DNA of 64,000 bases, taken from positions 62,001 to 126,000 of the forward strand of contig JBEWZL010000102.1 in assembly GCA_045837725.1 (NCBI GenBank), in the 5' to 3' direction. Positions within the stretch are counted from its first letter, which is position 1. Every line of letters starts with the position of its first letter. The notes under the pieces were generated by a model. That model did not search any database, was not told the origin of the DNA, and worked only from the letters and a program-made list of their open reading frames with translations. The position numbers and the translations under genes are program-made. Positions 23,535-35,517 of this stretch are shown here, piece after piece. The DNA comes from Vermamoeba vermiformis (lineage: Eukaryota).

Positions 23535-25784
23535 ATGGAAGATATGCAATCGCCAACCAAGATAGCAACGAAAAAGAGGAAGCATGATGATATAGAGGAG
23601 GACACTGAAGAAACAAGTGCGAACGGAGGTGACATCGCGACCGCACCAGATTCACCAACTAAAAAAGCACTCAACATGATCGCAGCTTCATTTCATACAT
23701 TAAAAAAATTAGTGTGGTCCGATGGGGATAAAGACGAGGTAAGATTCGCCAGTTACTTTTTCTTTGCCCAAATCCACATCAACGATAAATTCAGAAGGTC
23801 TAATTTTCAGTCAACTTTTGAAAATTATTGAACGCATAAAATCCTTATTCAATCACATTGATGCAGTGCTGTCGTCAATTTCTTAGAATTTTATAAAGCA
23901 CAGAAGGCGTTCTGTGGATCGGATCCTACAGATCTACAAGCCATTTTTTGTATCTTTGTTGTTATTGCAAAATATTGTTTTATTTATTTCCTTAATCGCG
24001 AGTTTAAGAGTTAAAGACTGATTCTTTTCTTGGGGATTCAGGGATCTTCTCAAAATAATAATAATGTCGAGGCACACCCACCTCCTGCGAAGAAACAGAA
24101 GCGCGCTCATGCTACCGACGGAGCTAGCTTCATTACTTCTAGTCCACAAAAGGTTAAGAAAGTTACTCAGGTCCAGACAGGTAACTCCGAATCTTTTTAA
24201 TTTATCGGTCCCATTAAGGTCAATATTAATGTATACTTTTTATATTAGTCGATGTAAATACAGTTAAGACGACGATAATACCGCCTGGAGAGGACGATGA
24301 AAATAGTTTAAGTTCGAGCATGGAAGAAACATTATTCTCGCCTGGCTTTAAAGCAATTACACAAAGAAAAGGTAACTAGAGAATTTTTATTATAAATGCA
24401 CGATAAATAATAACGACGGTGAATTACAGAAACTGAAAAAGTTAAGGCGGTCACGAAGACGGAGTTACAATCAACAGAAACATTAGCAGACTCCATCGGC
24501 GACAACGAGGAAGAAAATAGCGAAGAAAGTTTTAATATATTGCAGCCAGAATATATTGACGCATTGAGATCATTTACACAAACTGGCTACATCGAGGTTG
24601 AAGAGGAAGAAGAAGAGGAGGAATTTGATTCGTACGTAATCATCTGAAGCTATGAATATGACAATCGTAGTACTAATAATATGACTTTGATAATAGATAC
24701 ACATTCATTAAGAGTCTACCGCCGTACAAGCCGCAAAAGTTTTCACAGTTAGCTCTGCCGCCGAAACAATCGCAAGCCAAAGTGACCCTGGTAAGTGATA
24801 GACATGAGATATTAGTAACGTGCAACGATCGCGGCAAAAGAGCACGTTGGGATAACGAACTAGAGGGCAACAAAGAGAAGCGAAAAGAGATGAAAGTGGT
24901 GAGGACACGATGGGAGCATAAAGATGTGAAAACGACGCTCAACCATTCCGATATGGTGTAGGCGGCAGCACACATGGCTCTCACCCATGAAACCCGGGTT
25001 CGACTCCCGGTATCGGAATTTGTTTTTTGCCTTTTTGCTCGGCTCTCTTCCTTTGTTGCTTCATTTTTTTAACTCCTTTTCTTTTTGCTCATTAACTGAC
25101 CAATGTTTTGTTTCAGGTTCTTGACTTGGATGAAACACTTGTTCATTGCAGTTTGGATCCGATTCCAAACCCAGATGTGACATTCGAAGTTCCTTTCGAT
25201 GGAGTGTCTTATGAAGTGCATGTTCGCAAACGACCTTTCTTTGAGCACTTCTTGGCTGAAGTGTCGCAGGTGTTTGAAGTGGTTGTCTTCACTGCATCAC
25301 AAAAGGTATGTGATTAGATCTCACGATTTCGCGCTGTTGTTCGTCCTGTGGTCTTTGCTCACGCCTTTGTTAGGTCTATGCTGATCGCCTATTGGACATC
25401 TTGGACCCTAAGCGAGAACACATTCATCACCGCATATTCAGAGACTCGTGCGTCATTGTCAGTGGTAACTATTTGAAGGATCTCAACGTCCTTGGTCGAG
25501 ATCTGTCCAAAGTCATTATCGTCGATAATTCTCCACACGTATTTGGCTATCAATTAGAGAACGGTATCCCCATCGAGACTTGGTTTGACGATCCGACAGA
25601 TCGAGAGCTGCCGAAGCTACTGCCATTCTTAAAGAAGCTTGTGGATGTCGATGATGTTAGGCCGCATATTAAGAGTGAATTCAAGCTCGAAGACAAAGTC
25701 AAGGCTGCTAAGTGGACTCAGCTCTACACATTCGAATACGAGTCAGACGGATCAGATTCGGATAATCCGGGAGGAGAAGAATGA
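23535..25784 (+). CDS. CTD small phosphatase-like 2 (SCP4/CTDSPL2-like), FCP/SCP HAD family
   Basis: [13 protein letters not shown]..[44 protein letters not shown] and [11 protein letters not shown]. Confidence 0.92.
24812..25393 (+). repeat. Source copy of the inverted duplication (partner 18898-19459)
   Basis: Direct comparison with the reverse complement of 18898-19459. Confidence 0.95.
24947..25018 (+). tRNA. tRNA-Glu(CTC), nested in intron 24791-25116 of the CTDSPL2-like gene
   Basis: Full cloverleaf with anticodon CTC, followed by TTTGTTTTTT. Confidence 0.95.
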
Positions 25785-25969
25785 CTCTAATAACAAAAAT
25801 ATATTATATATAGTATTATCACCCACATTTTTGTTCCATACTGTAAATTTTGCCAATAGACGTCAGATGTGGCGTCAAAACGAAAAAATCAAATAAAGCT
25901 TGTAGCACGGTAAATTAACAGCATATAATAACTAATTTATTTACAAACAATGCAAGTTATGTCTACCGC

Positions 25970-27232
25970 TCAATCGTCCTCTTCTTTGGCCTCTAAGCGA
26001 TCGGATCGGTAAGTGACATTCGGTTGAATAAAGAAAAAAATTTGATCTTACCGTTCAACATGTGCACAATGCGCGGGAATGCAGCAACATCAGCTGGCGT
26101 TTGACCGTCGTTATTTTTAGCACTGACTGAAGCACCAGACTCGATCAGAATTTGTACCACTCGTTCTTGGCCTTCTGCGCTTGCAATGTGAAGTGGCGTC
26201 TATAAATATCCAAGCGTTAATTATGTGGACTTTAATACATTACTCTATATGCAACAATAACGAGGAAGATTTGAGAATTTTGTTCCCACGTACCTCGCCA
26301 ATTTTGTTCGCGGCACGAACTCGAGCACCCTTTTTGATCAAAAATGATACAATCTCCTCATCACCCTTCATCACCGCTCTAGTGTATTATAGTTAGAGGT
26401 GTCGGCTATGAGATATATCATAACTTGTTTACTATACCTGTGCAAGGCTGTGTTACCGAGGTCATCGGCAACATTGAGCTGCGCACCTGCTTGTACCAAC
26501 AATTTTACTATTTCTTTGTTTCCTAGTACAGTCATATTAGTATATACTATAATAGGCATCAAGTAATAATAAATAATTACCTTTGCTGCAAGCATAGTGC
26601 AACGCAGTCCTAAAAATAAATTGTTAGATCCGATCCAAGTTTGACCTCGAAATTTCTCAAATAGTAGTATTTAATGAATATATCTTATTATATATATTGT
26701 ACCTATGGTTATCAGTGAACTCTTCAACACTCGCGTTCTTGCTGAGCAATAATTTGATAACATTAAGGTGGCCAGCGCTCGCAGCTGAAATTAACGGTGT
26801 CCATCCTAGCAATTTTAATTAGTATATTAATTCTGACTCGTATTGGTAATAATTATAATTAATAAAAATGACCACGCAAAGTTTTGTCAGATCCAATTTC
26901 ATGAACAAGTGCTTCATACCTGATTCATCTACGACGTTGACATTTGCACCACGTTCTAATAATGCCTCGACAACGGTATTTTGGCCCTTTGCACAGGCCC
27001 AATGCAGTGCGGTGCGCTGATCGGCATCTGAAAATTTGTTAATTCAGCACAACAATTTTAGATAATTATACTAAGGCTATTTTACGCGTATTTGTTGCAT
27101 ATATATATAATATTTACCTTTGTCATCAATTTTGTATTTGTTGTTGTCGAGAGCTGAAATTATTCTCTCCACATCTCCCGTCTGAGCTGCGTCCCAGATG
27201 TTGCCAGGGTCTTTAACACCAAAAAATGACAT
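25970..27232 (-). CDS. Ankyrin-repeat protein, gankyrin/PSMD10-like
   Basis: Small exons: DADQRTALHWAC, DES|GWTPLISAASAGH, TALHYACSK, GNTALHR and GQTPADVA. Confidence 0.75.
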
Positions 27233-27496
27233 AAGTACACGTCTGTTACTCTGTATCGAAGAAAGAGCTGATTGGTAAATTCAAAAATTGAAGTTTGAAC
27301 CAGCAAGACTAGAAAAAAACCGCGAATTTGCAAATTTAAAATATTTTCTTTTTTCTTTTTTTTTCTTATATAGCCGCAATATTATTTTCGGAGTTGATCC
27401 TTTTGTAATCTTTTTCTTTGGAATATAGACCTGGTAATAAGTAAATCCTTCATTAATACAGAGCTTTTTCGAAAGATAATTTAATGAAGTACACGC

Positions 27497-27943
27497 TTAC
27501 AAAGACTTCTTATGAGTATCAATTACTTTTCGCTTTACCAGCCACCATGAGACGTGTCCCGGACCTCCAACTCCCTCCATGATAAAAGTTGGATCGACCA
27601 AAATTTGAAAATTCTGTTGGTTCTTCTCAAGCTCCGCTTTCGTGATATAAATATTATTCTCGAATAAGTGGCGGTGTCGCGACATTCTTTTGTAATCTTC
27701 GCTCGTATATTTAATTATTCTGTTCTCATAAAAAATGTATTTACCAAAGTAATCGGATAGCGGTGGTGTGAGTATGACTACATTGTCGCCAAAATGTCTT
27801 CCTTCTCCGTCGTATATACGCACTCTCCATTCATCTTGCAGTTCAACTTCGCTGGGCTGAGTCATCTGGGTGCAATCCTCGCTCGATCGCTCGAGCTCAC
27901 TAAGTGATGAGTTTGAAGAATAGCTAATTCTGTTGACTATCAT
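27497..27943 (-). CDS. Hypothetical protein
   Basis: 148-aa open frame with no recognisable motif. Confidence 0.45.
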   Translation of the reverse strand: MIVNRISYSSNSSLSELERSSEDCTQMTQPSEVELQDEWRVRIYDGEGRHFGDNVVILTPPLSDYFGKYIFYENRIIKYTSEDYKRMSRHRHLFENNIYITKAELEKNQQNFQILVDPTFIMEGVGGPGHVSWWLVKRKVIDTHKKSL

Positions 27944-29877
27944 TTCGTTGTTTAGAATAAGACTAGCACACTAGAATTTCCTCAAGTGCCGTTCAAGAAA
28001 ATGTTCTAACCGAAAATTGCCACGGGATGGAAAATTCGTGGTTTTAAAGCGCGTTTTGCCGTACAAATGTGCCACCGGTGGAAAAAATGCAGTACAAAAG
28101 CGAATTTGTACTCGTCGTCTTTCTATAGATAGAAGACGAAATTATTCGTAAATACATAGAGTCCTCTTAGGCGTCTCCTGTGCCCTTACTGCATCGATTA
28201 CGTACTATCTAACGCCCGCGGAGAAGATTCGACCTCTGCGTCGCATACAGCCGCTATTCAATTAACGGAGAGTGGTTCGTCCTACCAGATGTGCGCGATA
28301 TATGGAGTGCTGAGGCAACATGTGGGCGACAACTTTTAGTCTTCTGTGACTTCTGCTTGCGTAATACCTACGCTAAACTTCTTGCGAGCCTACTCGTGCC
28401 ATTCTTACGACGAAGAAGAGCGAAGGATCGTCACAGGCAGTTAGCATCGTCTCTTCTTTTGGCTAGTTGGACCTCGTTGAATGGAAGTGCATCCTCCAGG
28501 CTCAACCTGCTCGCTACCGTTTTGCTCGAACTGTTCCAATCGGAATAATGTCATTAGATGAATTAAACTCTACTACTTGTTTAGCAATATGATAGAATAT
28601 AATATTAGTACACTACGAGAAATTTTGTTGCGCACTGAATGGAATAGCTAAGATAGAGAATATTGCTTATAGTGGAAAGTTTAAAAATGTATCGAGGAAA
28701 CGCACTTAATTGCTTTTATCAACTCGCGGAGAATCTAAGATAGTTAATTCTAATGGAGGCCATATTGTATTAATCGAATTATTCAGATCTACGCGTTGAT
28801 GGCCAGAGGATGTCAAACTTCAACTCCGACTATCAGTTTCTAGGTTTGTAGTTGATTTTATATTCAGTACGGTATTAAGGAGATTAATCCGCATGCAGGT
28901 CAACCAGATTTGGAGGAAGCCGTTGTCTCCGATGATCATGACATTTCTTTCGCTCTGAACGAGGATTTCTGTAAGCTGATCTGTTCTAGTTAATTCAAAT
29001 TTTAAATTGATTAAACGTCCTCTGTCTCCAAAGGGCTCGAAATGGAGCCAAATCCGCTTAAGTCTTGCAATTTGGGCTTTGGCAATTTTAAAATATAGAT
29101 AATTGCGCATTCATCCTATCAAGTTATTTAATTTATATATATAAATTTACTATATTGTTCAGTCGGGTTGAGTTTTAATGGAAGCAATTGTCATAAAATT
29201 TGGGTCGGAGACCATCCCATCGGGCTGCTCTTGCTAAAACAGATAGATATGTTCATATATTTTATTGTTCGATGGTACATACTAGCCTTAGCTTCCGCTA
29301 TTGAAGGCAAGCGAGGGATCAGTATACGTTTCAAGTTGCCAATCAACGTGGCTATTATTCAATTGATGTTAAATAATACCTTTAAGTTGATAGCAGCAAG
29401 TGAGGTAGAAAGAGCATCGCCGGAACGAGCCTAACTTAATTTTGAATTTTGTCCGTAAATCGCAGATCCAGATGGGATACTAATCTGTTTTTACACGTCT
29501 GAACATTTTTTTTGCTTTTAGAAATTAGCTGGACAAATTGTTGTACCTCAATGAGGGAGCTAATTCTCTTTTAATCAAAATATTTTGCGATATTTGATTC
29601 CCAGCACGTAACAATTAGTGCTGGGTAGCTAGTGAGGTCCAATATTTGATACTTGAAGAGATTTAGATAATATCCACTGAGTGTAATTAAATTAAATTGA
29701 TAATCAATGAAAGTCGAGAAAGTTATTGGATGGCGGAGTAAAGCCAATTATTCGTAAATTTCAAAAGCCTGAAAAGTTAGCAATTTATACCTTTAAAACT
29801 CATTCCGACTTTAAAACAAAAGCGAGTACTAATACTTTTTACAGCAGATTTACCAAATCCGAACAGAAATTGCCAAT

Positions 29878-30735
29878 GTGAATGCTCTTCCTGGATCGAT
29901 GGTAAATACATACATACTATGTTTCATCTTCATTGTGTTAACAACTGAAATAGAACTGTCCAATGCAGCGGATGAAATTTCTACTTCCGGTTTCGCTTTC
30001 AACATCGATTCCTCTGCTGAATGCATTTGGCCAAGCTCTCAAAACACTGCAAACATGGAATTGCAATCTAACCTGGAGTACGTTGAGACGAATGACGCGC
30101 CGTTTGTCGGCTCCGAAGCCTCTCCCGTGCAACGTTGTTCCACCATGCCAGGCGTAGTAGGGCACTCTATCGCAACAGAATCAGTTCACTTGGATCGAGG
30201 AATGGGATACTTCACAGTTGCCCAGTTTGAGCACCTAAGGGCACAAAATGATCAAATCATAGCCCTGATCCAGAATCTCACTCAAAAAGTCTCCGTACAA
30301 CAAAGTTTGGAACAAATGCCATTCCCTATTGAAAGGGTTTGGACAAATTCAGAAGTTGACAGGTTGGTTTCGAATCCCAAAGCGCTTGATGAAGAAGCCA
30401 TGCCAGCGGAACCGAATGTATGTTTTTTGCGCAAGATAGGAAGAGCAAAACGTAAGTCATACATTCAATGGCACGACTTCAGTATACAGCTACACCGGAT
30501 TGTTTTATGTGGATTAGTCGAAGAAAAGATCCTTGGGGCAAAGCAACTTAACATCCACAAAGACTTGCGAGATAGCGAATACTGGGTGGTCTTAGATGAA
30601 ACCTCAGCAAAAGCATTCCGAGCGAAGGTCAGAAGAAGAGGTTGGTACTTTTCTCTCTTCTACCTTACCTCCGCAGGTGTCTTTAAGTCTCCATACTTTA
30701 ACATATGCAGCTCTAAGGCGACAGTTAGAACTTAA
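29878..30735 (+). CDS. Hypothetical protein (terminal exon; upstream exons unresolved)
   Basis: Long ORF with a coiled-coil-like segment (FEHLRAQNDQIIALIQNLTQK) and a globular C-terminus ending FKSPYFNICSSK. Confidence 0.5.
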   Translation: MNALPGSMVNTYILCFIFIVLTTEIELSNAADEISTSGFAFNIDSSAECIWPSSQNTANMELQSNLEYVETNDAPFVGSEASPVQRCSTMPGVVGHSIATESVHLDRGMGYFTVAQFEHLRAQNDQIIALIQNLTQKVSVQQSLEQMPFPIERVWTNSEVDRLVSNPKALDEEAMPAEPNVCFLRKIGRAKRKSYIQWHDFSIQLHRIVLCGLVEEKILGAKQLNIHKDLRDSEYWVVLDETSAKAFRAKVRRRGWYFSLFYLTSAGVFKSPYFNICSSKATVRT

Positions 30736-30792
30736 CAATGTACATTTGTAAATAGTTCAAACATTAAATTTTGGTTTTTATTGTTGACGGCA

Positions 30793-32838
30793 CTAGGTAC
30801 GATACAAAACACGCCTCTTAATATCCACGCTAAATCGTTCAGGCTGATATGTTAAGCTCCATTTTGTCACGAGTGGTACTCTGTCGCTGCACGAGAACTC
30901 GAATTGATGCAACAACCGAGCGGCTGTAACGCTCATGTCTATATCAAATGAATAATATTCCTATACTAAGAGGCACCTATAACGTAGTACTTACTTAGTT
31001 TAGCCAACTGAGTGCCAGCACAGACGCGTTTGCCAATGCCAAATGGCATGAACGCAGCGTCACTCTCGCTGTTGTTGATGAATCGTTCGGGCTTAAAAGC
31101 ACTGGGATCTTGCCACACCGATGGATTGTGACCGAGACCAGGAAAGTTAATCCAGACTACTGACTACAAAGGAATAAAAATTGGGTCAGATCCGCTGACT
31201 CGGTCGAGATCGTGAACTTACGTCTTTTGGAATATGATAGCCTTGTATCGTAGTGTCGCTAGATGTTAACCGAGGCAAGCCTAGTCCCACAGGCGTCATT
31301 CTCATGCACTGCAAATATTGATTAGAAACGCCGTGTAATCAGATTAACGTAAATTACCTCTTTGATTGCAGCTTCCAAATAAGGCAATTTAGCTTCGGTG
31401 AACGTGTTGAACTTAATCTCGTCAACGTCTTTAATAACAGTTCGAAGTTCTTGAGCGATTTTGTTCTGTGCTTCAGGGTGTTGACACAACAACAGTAAGA
31501 GCCACTCGATAGTCGCGGCGGTAGTGTCAGATCCAGCCAACACGACGTCTTTCAACAGGTACTTGATGTCATCGGGAGTCGCGAATAAGTCTTTCTCGGT
31601 CTGTTCGATATCCATGAGCATGTCAAGGAAGTCACGCGGTCTGAGATGAAGTGTCATTAGTTCAAGTGTCAAAGTGTCAAAGTGTCATTGTGAGGGTTGT
31701 ACGTACTTTGAATCTCCGCGAGTATCTTTGTGCTTTTTAATGATTTTGTCGAGAAAATCGTTTAATTTTCGATCAATATTGCGGATCTTCTGCAAATACC
31801 CTGAATCAGCCCCGATTAGCATGGCATGCTATTGCAACTAGTCTGATTGATATGTACCTTGTCCAATAGGCCCTGGCAAGTACTTCAATGGTCGAATGAA
31901 TTCAGCCAATGACGGCGCACCAATCACGACGAAGACTTCATCGATCAGTGCCAAGAACTCTCGGTCTTCAGCGGTGCTCGCTTTGTTGTGAATGTCACTC
32001 ACACGCATGTTGAAACATAGTCGTGTGATAATATTCAATGAATTTTGTTTGATGTCCTCGTGCAGTGTGGTCACCTAAACGGAACAAAAACTCAGATCCA
32101 CTTTAATTTACAAGCCCTATATTATCGATATCTTACCTTCTCGCCGCGCTCAGCAAGTTTGCTAAAGTGCGCGCAAGTTAGTCTAATCTCGTCGTAGATC
32201 TCGTGCTCGAGTTTCAAGATCGAAGACATGTTGAGCAGATGCTGGTGAGTCAATCGGCGATATCGCTTCCAGGTCTCGCCGGAGCCAAAAGACATGTCTA
32301 ATCCGTCTTTTATAAGAATTTCAAGCGCTAGGTTGATCGGTCGATTGCAAAAATTTTCGTACTGGTCAACGAATCTGTTTCCAAATTTAGAAAGTTTCTT
32401 TGAATTGATTGGCTCACACTTACGCTTCTTTTATGAACTTAGGATCGTTAAGCATAATATTGGGAGTAGATCCAAAGTTTAACTTAAAAATAGGACCAAA
32501 TTCATTCGTGTACTTAATCAGTGTTGCATAAGGATCCGCTCCTAATTGCGGAAGATTTCCTATTTAACGCGATTAGCAGTAGATTTATATGATAATATTT
32601 ATATTACCTAAAATTGGCACCGTTGATGGTCCTGGAACTGGTTTTCCAAACGCAGAGCTGCTGGATCTGCCTCCAAAAACCTAGGAAAATACTGTTATTA
32701 TTTTTTATAATATTTTGGCACGGGGTATGCCGAGCATTCGAATCTAAATTTCAAAAATAGCCAAAAGATTCTGAATTTTACCTTTTTGTAAAGGATCCAA
32801 GCAACCGCTGCGAGTGCGATGCCCAATAATGTGTTCAT
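30793..32838 (-). CDS. Cytochrome P450
   Basis: N-terminal anchor, PGPSTVPI hinge, I-helix LAGSDTT, ExxR across an intron, FKPERF and heme motif FGIGKRVCAG. Confidence 0.95.
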
Positions 32839-33243
32839 ATTGCTCGTGCTATGGTCTAAAATAAATTAGCAAGATTTGGTCGAATTACGAAACTTGATGC
32901 CCCAAAAGGCCAATTCCAGCTTTTCATAGTTGGGGTTCCAAAAATAGCGCTTACCCAACCTTTGTTCGGTTTGCTTTCCGCATCTAAGGTTGGTTGTCAT
33001 GTGATGAATTCTAGCATAAGACCAAATTAACGATAAGGAATTTACGCAATCAAAACTTTTAAGGCAGGGCGGATCTGGATTTCGAGCTATAAAACAATTT
33101 TACTTCTTTTTACAAGGTTTTTAAATATTAACATTAACCGTGGTACAGTATCCACGAGAAATTGTACAATTATTGGAATTTAAATCAGCAGATGTAGATG
33201 TACAAACTGTATGTACATTATATGGAGAGGTTACCGTATTATC

Positions 33244-35135
33244 TTAGTGGTTCAATAACGCCTCAAATACGGCTTGCAACGATCCATTATGAGAGTTCAA
33301 TAATTGAACGTTGACGGCTACATCCGTGAATCCAGCATCCAGAAGTTCGACCAATTGCGTCGAATAAGCAAAGTCAGCAGGCACCATATACTCCTCTTTA
33401 GAGACTTCTTGTTGGTGGTGCTCTTCAATCACAGGCGCAGAGGGCTCGCAGTGTACGGAGACTTGCATGCTGTGCTGTTCGTTGGTGCTCGAGACCACTA
33501 CAGTAGTGTTGTTATTAACAGCGTCGACATCAATAGTCACAGGCTGAGAGGCTGCGTATTGATCGACGTTGACGGAGTATTCTGATTGGTGCAATCGGTT
33601 CCACAAGTGTGGGAAGTACTCCTTGTACACGGGTGGCAATTCTGGCTTGCCTGCAGCTTGATTCTTATCTTCAGCGCTCATGAGTCTTCGTTCTTCTTGT
33701 TGGTCAATGATATTGCGCATTAAAGATGATTGCCAGCTGTTCGTCTCTTCAACTTGTCGATCTTGATCCACCGAGGAGTTGTTCATGTTGACATTGTTGT
33801 TGCTCTCGGCCATAGCCTCGTGCTCAGATTCATCTCCCAACAAGTGAGCACTCTCCTCTTCACGGTCTGAAGAGCTATCCAAGACCTCGTAGTCCACAGA
33901 GCCCTTCAACATGGTGAATTCATTGATCAACTGGTTGTCGGACGCAGACAAGTGCTCGAGTCCGTCGTTCGAAATCTCGATTTGAATAGCGTTGTTATTG
34001 TCTCGAGGACTATTCTTTGAGCTTCTTAAGTGCTTTCCAAGCTTGCTAATTTTGCTGAAATATTTCTCGATCGCCTTTTTGGATTTGCTGTGGTGCTTGA
34101 GGACTTTCTTCTCCCACTTCTGGAAATACTTCTTATTCGGAGCTTGTCCGATCTTTTTGAAGTATTTCTTCGAAGGCAGCAAGCCATATTTTTCAGGGAC
34201 TTTAACTTTCAGCAACATGTGGCTAGCTGGATGCACATCCGGAATTTGTTCGCACTTCTCGCACAAATCCTAAGTAACGAATCATTAGTAAACGATTATA
34301 TATCTCGTTATAAGGCTATACTTACATAGTCAACGCATTCAAAGCATTTGTAACGGATACCAAGGATTACATTATCGCACACGTGGCAGACGGCTTCATG
34401 ATGCGGCATTAAAGCATTGTTATTGTTAGGCGCTATAATGGCATCAATATTATTATCGGCCCTATTTTCAGGAATATTAGCGGGTTCTATCTTCATCTGT
34501 TGCTCGCGAAGCACGACATCCTCAATCTGGGCCATTGAACGAGGGCTGTGAGGGGCAGTAGCGGGTCCATCAACAATAGTAATCACTGTATATGTTGGTG
34601 GATCAACGACCATCCTATTTAAAATCATAAGAATACAAGAATAACGGATGAACTTCACTTGCGTCAGCAGAAACTATTCCATCCGGACGAAATTTGAAAT
34701 AATTAAGTGTAATATAAATAATATATGACATAATAATACGTAATTTACATACTCTTCGACGGCTACTGGCTTTTCTTCCGGATTTGCTTGGTGAAGACCA
34801 GTTCCGGTGAAATTTACATTATTGTTATTCGATTGGACTGGGCTTGCGCGAGTTACTTGTGGTGACCCAGAGGCATTAACAGATATACGTAATATTGGTG
34901 GAATTTTGGCCAATGAAAGCGTAATAGCGACTTTTAATTCTTCGTCAGAGTTGATGCTGAGCAATCTGCCGTCTTCGTGTTGATATTGAACCTCACAATT
35001 ATCACACTTTAATATTCTAGCCATATTCTCTTTCAAGTCCGCAAGGGTCACGTTCTTGTTAATGCTGATGCGACGCACATCTTCGCTACCAGCCAATCTG
35101 AACTTGACCGTGATCTGACCAGCCTCGTATTGCAT
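33244..35135 (-). CDS. p62/NBR1-like autophagy receptor (PB1, ZZ, LIR-like, UBA)
   Basis: PB1 VKFRL..DVRR..YQHEDG..INSDEEL; ZZ CHVCD..RYKCFECVDY|DLCEKCE..H..H; DYEVL; UBA QLVELLDAGFTDVAVNVQLL. Confidence 0.88.
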
Positions 35136-35517
35136 TCTATTGATATGATCGCAGAAATAATATGAGGTCTTGTGGTGCAGCTGTTTAAAAGAAAGGTTGA
35201 AACAAAGAAAACTCGCACAAAAGCAAAAATTCACGAAAAGAGGGAGGCAATTTCAGGCCCAATTCAGTACACGATCAAATTAACTGCTTTTGTTTACTCT
35301 GGGACCACTCTGATAATAACGATAGGACCCTGAGCTCAGTCGGTCTATCGTAACAATCGGTTTTGTTGCACCGTGCCCATCCGTAAACATTTTGCCGTAG
35401 TAACGCTTAGGATTGGCATTAAACCATCCTATTTCGCTTTGTGTGTTTCGTCTTGTGGAGTCGGGTGATGTAAATTGTAATCTTGGCTTTGACGTTTCAA
35501 ATTTACAAGCGCCAGAA

